The notes under the pieces: model-generated
What the model was told of the DNA's origin: nothing
The model's input: only the letters and a program-made list of their open reading frames with translations
Database searches by the model: none
Translations under genes and position numbers: made by a program
In this document: positions 60,089-64,000 of the stretch, piece after piece
How the letters are laid out: each line of letters opens with the position of its first letter
Numbering within the stretch: the stretch's first letter is position 1
Assembly: GCA_963843575.1 (NCBI GenBank)
Contig: CAWJKZ010000012.1
Location: 1-64,000 of the forward strand
DNA: 64,000 nt
Direction: 5' to 3'
DNA from: an uncultured Acidobacteriota bacterium
GTDB lineage: Bacteria > Acidobacteriota > UBA6911

Positions 60089-60949
60089 CTACGGTCGGCG
60101 CAACGCGAGCTTCTTCACCCCCATCTCGGCGGCCGCAGCGACGCTGGCGTCCTTGTCCCGGGTGAGAGGCTGGAGTTGGCGGATGTTTTCCACGTCGCCC
60201 ATGAGCGCGACTGCCACGGCGGCGCTTTGGCGCACCCCGGGGTGCGGATCCTTGAGCGCAAGGAGTATTTTAGGCAGTGCCGCGTGTACCCCGGTCCCGG
60301 CCAGAGCCTCGATAGCCGCCACCCTCACCTCGGGAGCGGCGTCATCGAGCGCTTTCGTGATCGCCTCCACGAACGCATCCCCTTTCACGGCAGCCAGGAC
60401 CTCGATCGCCTTCTGGCGCACATCGACATCCTCGCTTTCCTCGAGGACCTTCACAGCCTGTTCCGGCGTGTCGACGGTGTCGTCCCCCGTCCGGGTGATG
60501 GTGCCGGACCCGATATAGCGCAGGCTGGCCTGCTGCGGCTTGTTTCCCCGGGGAAAGATCCGGACGAACATGATCCGGCTCTGGCCGGACTCGTCGCGCG
60601 AATAGTAGAAGATCGAGTTGAAGTCGTCGGCCAGTCGCTCGACAGCCTCCTTGATAGATATACGGGAGAAGGTCACCGTTACCGGGGTAGCCTCCTGCGC
60701 CGCGAGCTCAAACACGAGGCCGGTGCGCGCCGCGAGTTCGTCGAGAACCTGCGGCAGGGGCGTCGACACGATCTGGGCGGTCACCTGTTCCTGCTCCACC
60801 CGAATCTTCATGGAGGCAGGAGAGGTCGGAGGCGGTGGGGTCGGCCGCGCATTCGCGAAAGGGTTCTGCTGGCGTACGACCTGGGCCGCCGCACCCCCTG
60901 GAAGCAAGGCGGCAATAACCGACAGGTAGAGGATCGCGCGGGCCATCAT
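60089..60949 (-). CDS. Exported protein with a secretin-N0/STN-like domain and HEAT repeats
   Basis: Signal peptide; PLPQVLDELAARTG...VTVTF..ISIKEAVERL; HEAT repeats DVRQKAIEVL, EVRVAAIEAL and GVRQSAAVAV. Confidence 0.75.
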   Translation of the reverse strand: MMARAILYLSVIAALLPGGAAAQVVRQQNPFANARPTPPPPTSPASMKIRVEQEQVTAQIVSTPLPQVLDELAARTGLVFELAAQEATPVTVTFSRISIKEAVERLADDFNSIFYYSRDESGQSRIMFVRIFPRGNKPQQASLRYIGSGTITRTGDDTVDTPEQAVKVLEESEDVDVRQKAIEVLAAVKGDAFVEAITKALDDAAPEVRVAAIEALAGTGVHAALPKILLALKDPHPGVRQSAAVAVALMGDVENIRQLQPLTRDKDASVAAAAEMGVKKLALRRP

Positions 60950-61275
60950 TACTCCTCGCCCGCCGGCACCTCTTCACGGATCTTCATGAACTTTTCGAAT
61001 CGATACATCGTGAAGAGATTGCGGAGCTTGCGGTTGGGATTGATGAGGACGAGTTCACCGTGGCGGTCGCGCATCATCTTGAAGAGTCGCAGCACCTCGC
61101 CGATACCCGAACTGTCCATGAAAGGAACATCCTTGAAGTCGATGACCACCTCTCGGACGCCGGCTTCCAGCACGGGATCGAGGTTGTGCTGCAACTGCGG
61201 GCAGTGCTCAAATGTGATCTTGTCCCTGATGCGCACGATTCGCCGTTCGCCGCGCGATTCGACTTGGATCTCCAT
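60949..61275 (-). CDS. STAS domain anti-sigma factor antagonist
   Basis: VVIDFKDVPFMDSSGIG with the phosphorylatable Ser; 108 aa. Confidence 0.9.
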   Translation of the reverse strand: MEIQVESRGERRIVRIRDKITFEHCPQLQHNLDPVLEAGVREVVIDFKDVPFMDSSGIGEVLRLFKMMRDRHGELVLINPNRKLRNLFTMYRFEKFMKIREEVPAGEE

Positions 61276-61334
61276 GGTTTTCCGGCGAGAATAGTGTCAC
61301 ATTTCCGGGACTGGAGCAAGCCCACATACCCGTT

Positions 61335-61724
61335 ATGGCATCAAGGTTTATCGTTCACCGCCACAGCACCGGGCGGACACATTTCGACCTCCGGCTCGTC
61401 GAAGGCCCGCGCCTGCGCTGCTGGTCGCTGCTGCGCGAACCTCCTTTGAACACCGGACAGTCGAGGCTGGCGATCGAGAGGGAGAGCTTTGCCCCCGAGG
61501 CCATAGAAGCCAGAAGGTTCGAGGAAGAGGCCTTCGGGCTCGGCAAGGTCCGGACGTGGGACGAGGGGAGCGTCGAGATTTCCGCCGTGTCCCCCCGCCA
61601 CCTCGTGCTCCTGTTCGCCGGCGGGAAGCTATCGGGCCGCTACGACATGCGCAAAATGCGGTGGTACCCGGGCAATCGATGGCTGCTCGAAAAGGCCGGA
61701 TCTTCCACGGGGAATTTGGCTTGA
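61335..61724 (+). CDS. Stand-alone LigD 3'-phosphoesterase domain protein
   Basis: FIVHRH...HFDLRL, LAIE, FGLGKVRTWDEG, KLSGRY and WLL. Confidence 0.78.
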   Translation: MASRFIVHRHSTGRTHFDLRLVEGPRLRCWSLLREPPLNTGQSRLAIERESFAPEAIEARRFEEEAFGLGKVRTWDEGSVEISAVSPRHLVLLFAGGKLSGRYDMRKMRWYPGNRWLLEKAGSSTGNLA

Positions 61725-61879
61725 CAGAAGTTAAATTCCATTAGAACCTAGTCCGCAGTCCCGTTGGGACGAGTGTCGGGCCGTGATTCTGTCTGAGACG
61801 GCGGCATCCGGCGACGCCTCTGTGACTTCAGACTAACAGCCGACCGTGGTTCTCTCGAATCTTTTGCAGGAGTGATGCC

Positions 61880-62975
61880 ATGACCCGTTCTGTCCGTATG
61901 CTTTCCCTGAGCATTTCTCTCGGCGCGGCCGTCCTCGTTGGACTCCTGTGCGCTCCCGCCGCGATGGCGCTACAGGAAAAAATATCCCCGGTTTCCGACT
62001 ACCAGTACAAGAGGGATTACGCCCAGTACGACAACATAAAAAAGGAAACCGACTGCGCAAAGCGGGTCGAAGCGCTGACCGCCTTCATGAAGGAACACCC
62101 TATCTCGCGGATGCTCCCCTATGTCCAGGCGGACTACCTGGGCTGCGTCAAAACGCACATGGACGCCAAGGACTGGAACAAGGTCATCGCCATGGAAGAG
62201 GCCTTCGTGGCCCTCCTCCCCTCCGAGAAGTCCGTCGAGGCGGCCAAGGTCCCCGAACCCGGAGCGGGCGAGTTCATCAAGACACAGCTGAAGCCGGCCC
62301 GGCAGGGGATGCAGCAGGCGCTCATGGCCGCCTATTTCCAGGCCAACAACATGGCGAAGGCCGCGGAACTGGCGGAGAGCATGTACGCCGAGAGCCAGGA
62401 CAAGAACATGGTGCCCGTCCTGATGCAGATCTATCAGAAGGCGAACCAGGCGGACAAGTTCCTGGTCTACGCCGAGAAGTTAGTCGCGGAATTCCCGATC
62501 GAGCAGAGCTACCAGGCCGCCCTGCAGGTGGCGGCGATCAGCGCGCAGAAAGGCGATCTCCCCAAGGCCGTCGACTACTGCCGGCAAGGTCATGACGGCT
62601 TTCGGCGACAAGGTGCCCGAGGGATTACAGGAATCTCAGTGGAACGCCAGCCGTGCTTTCTCGTATGGATTAATGGGCGCCGCCGCGTACGCAAAAAAGG
62701 ACTACCCCGCGGCGATCGCCGAGTACGAGAAGGTGATCAAGTACGCTCCCAAGGCCGATGACACCCCCTACTACTACATCGGCATGTCCAAGTGGAACAG
62801 CAAGGACCCGGAGGGGGCAATCGAGGCATTCGCCAAGGCGTCGGTCATGGGGAAGGCAAACGCCAAGAAAGCGGAGGACTACCTGCAGCAGCTCTACAAG
62901 GCTCGCCACAACGACAGCCTCGACGGACTCGACCAGGTCAAGGCCAAGGCCAAGGCCGATCTCGGCATCAGCTGA
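61880..62975 (+). CDS. Exported TPR-like protein; frameshift near 62585
   Basis: Signal peptide; helical repeats; C-terminal AEDYLQQLYKARHNDSLDGLD. Confidence 0.75.
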
Positions 62976-62988
62976 GTTCACGCCGGCA

Positions 62989-63023
62989 CGGGAGGGCAGG
63001 CCCCACGAACCCCTGCCCTCCCG
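62989..63023 (+). terminator. Stem-loop between the TPR gene and rho
   Basis: CGGGAGGGCAGG-N11-CCTGCCCTCCCG, perfect 12-bp stem; no U-tract. Confidence 0.4.
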
Positions 63024-63122
63024 GAGGCGGACTGGAAAAAGGCCGCTTGCTGCTGTAAACTGAGACTCTACACGCTATTCTATCTCTCAAACTTCCGGCG
63101 CTTATCCCGTTACAGGAGCACT

Positions 63123-64000
63123 ATGGCGGAGAAGGACTCCAGGCTGAACAACGCCTCCGGCGAAAAGAAAATCTCGATCCAGGAGGCCCTCGACAAAGAG
63201 GGCGAGCAGCTCCACATCAGCGAGCTGCAGGGCCTGAACATCAAGGATCTGGCGAAGCTCGGCAAAAAGTACAAACTGCCGGACATCGGCAAGATGAGCA
63301 AGCAGGACCTCATCTTCGCCATCCTGCAGGCCCAGGCCGAAAAACACGGTCTCATTTTTTCCGAGGGCGTCCTGGAAGTCGCTGCCCGAAGGCTACGGCT
63401 TTCTGCGGTCCCCGGACTACAGCTACCTCCCCGGCCCGGACGACATCTACATCTCGCCCTCGCAGATCCGCAAGTTCGACCTGCGCACCGGCGACATCGT
63501 CTCCGGCCAGATCCGGATGCCGAACGAAGGGGAACGCTACCTGGCGCTGGTCAAGGTGGACGCCGTCAACTTCGAGCCGCCCGAGGAGGCGCGGCACGCA
63601 GGATCTTCTACGACAACCTGACGCCGCTCTACCCGCACGAGAGGATCCGGCTGGAGACGGTGAAGGACAACCTCTCCGCGCGCGTGATGGACATCTTCAC
63701 GCCGATCGGCAAGGGACAGCGCGGGTTGATCGTGTCGCCGCCGCGCGCCGGCAAGACGATGCTGCTGCAGAACCTGGCGAACTCGATCAGCACCAACCAC
63801 CCGGAGATCTTACCTGATCGTGCTTGCTGATCGACGAGCGGCCGGAAGAGGTGACCGACATGGAACGGTCCGTCAAGGGCGAGGTGATCAGTTCCACGTT
63901 CGACGAGCCCGCCTCGCGCCACGTCCAGGTCGCCGAGATCGTGATGGAAAAGGCCAAGCGCTGGTCGAGCACAAGAAGGACGTCGTCATCCTGCTCGACA
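63123..64000 (+). CDS. rho: Transcription termination factor Rho (3'-partial, frameshifted)
   Basis: [66 protein letters not shown] and STFDEP. Confidence 0.95.

Noticed and set aside
191-61294. Long opposite-strand or alternate-frame ORFs (e.g. 191..1789, 9203..10864, 15688..17421, 17926..19596, 31036..32808, 32986..34491, 60050..61294)
   Set aside because: They are shadows of recognisable genes in high-GC DNA and carry no family motifs.
61721-61750. TTGACA promoter upstream of the TPR gene
   Set aside because: The best -10 candidate (TAGAAC) is only 15 bp away; too weak to call.
3008-64000. Programmed frameshifting or mass pseudogenisation
   Set aside because: Shifts are scattered, show no common slippery motif and hit conserved housekeeping genes; sequencing error is simpler.

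Overview
GC-rich bacterial window whose gene content (Oar-like TonB-dependent receptor, TPR + CRTAC1/ASPIC-UnbV proteins, acidobacterial VWA protein, TrbI-like protein) points to Acidobacteriota (inference). Many genes at about 1-15 kb, 33-47 kb and 62-64 kb are broken by single-base frameshifts, most likely long-read errors; about 16-32 kb and 47-61 kb are nearly clean. Gene order: acetate-CoA ligase/GNAT, sugar epimerase, TrbI-like, a Nat-type ABC exporter with a CPBP-protease-fused permease, tex, a TonB receptor/TPR/CRTAC1/esterase/CocE/VWA island, xylB, a pfp-SIS-GlmU(LbH only)-glmM-nucleotidyltransferase-YvcK amino-sugar cluster, rbsB-like, mqnD, FmdB, an HExxH protein, two tandem selenoprotein candidates, glk, GAF/HDOD, MCE, LOG, an ECF sigma/anti-sigma/DUF3106 cluster, moaB, HAD, trmJ, dedA, HEAT/STAS, LigD phosphoesterase, TPR and rho. 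Highlights: (1) a small operon of two genes that the ORF track splits at in-frame UGA codons lying exactly at catalytic positions (peroxiredoxin TPVU; stand-alone PrdB-like AGUPLC), each with a SECIS-like hairpin; (2) a possible non-canonical UDP-GlcNAc route; (3) a family of ~10-bp-periodic palindromic repeats that often begin at stop codons; (4) a 240-bp MITE with 28-bp TIRs and a TAA duplication. No rRNA, tRNA or CRISPR array was seen. All family assignments come from motif recognition, not database searches.
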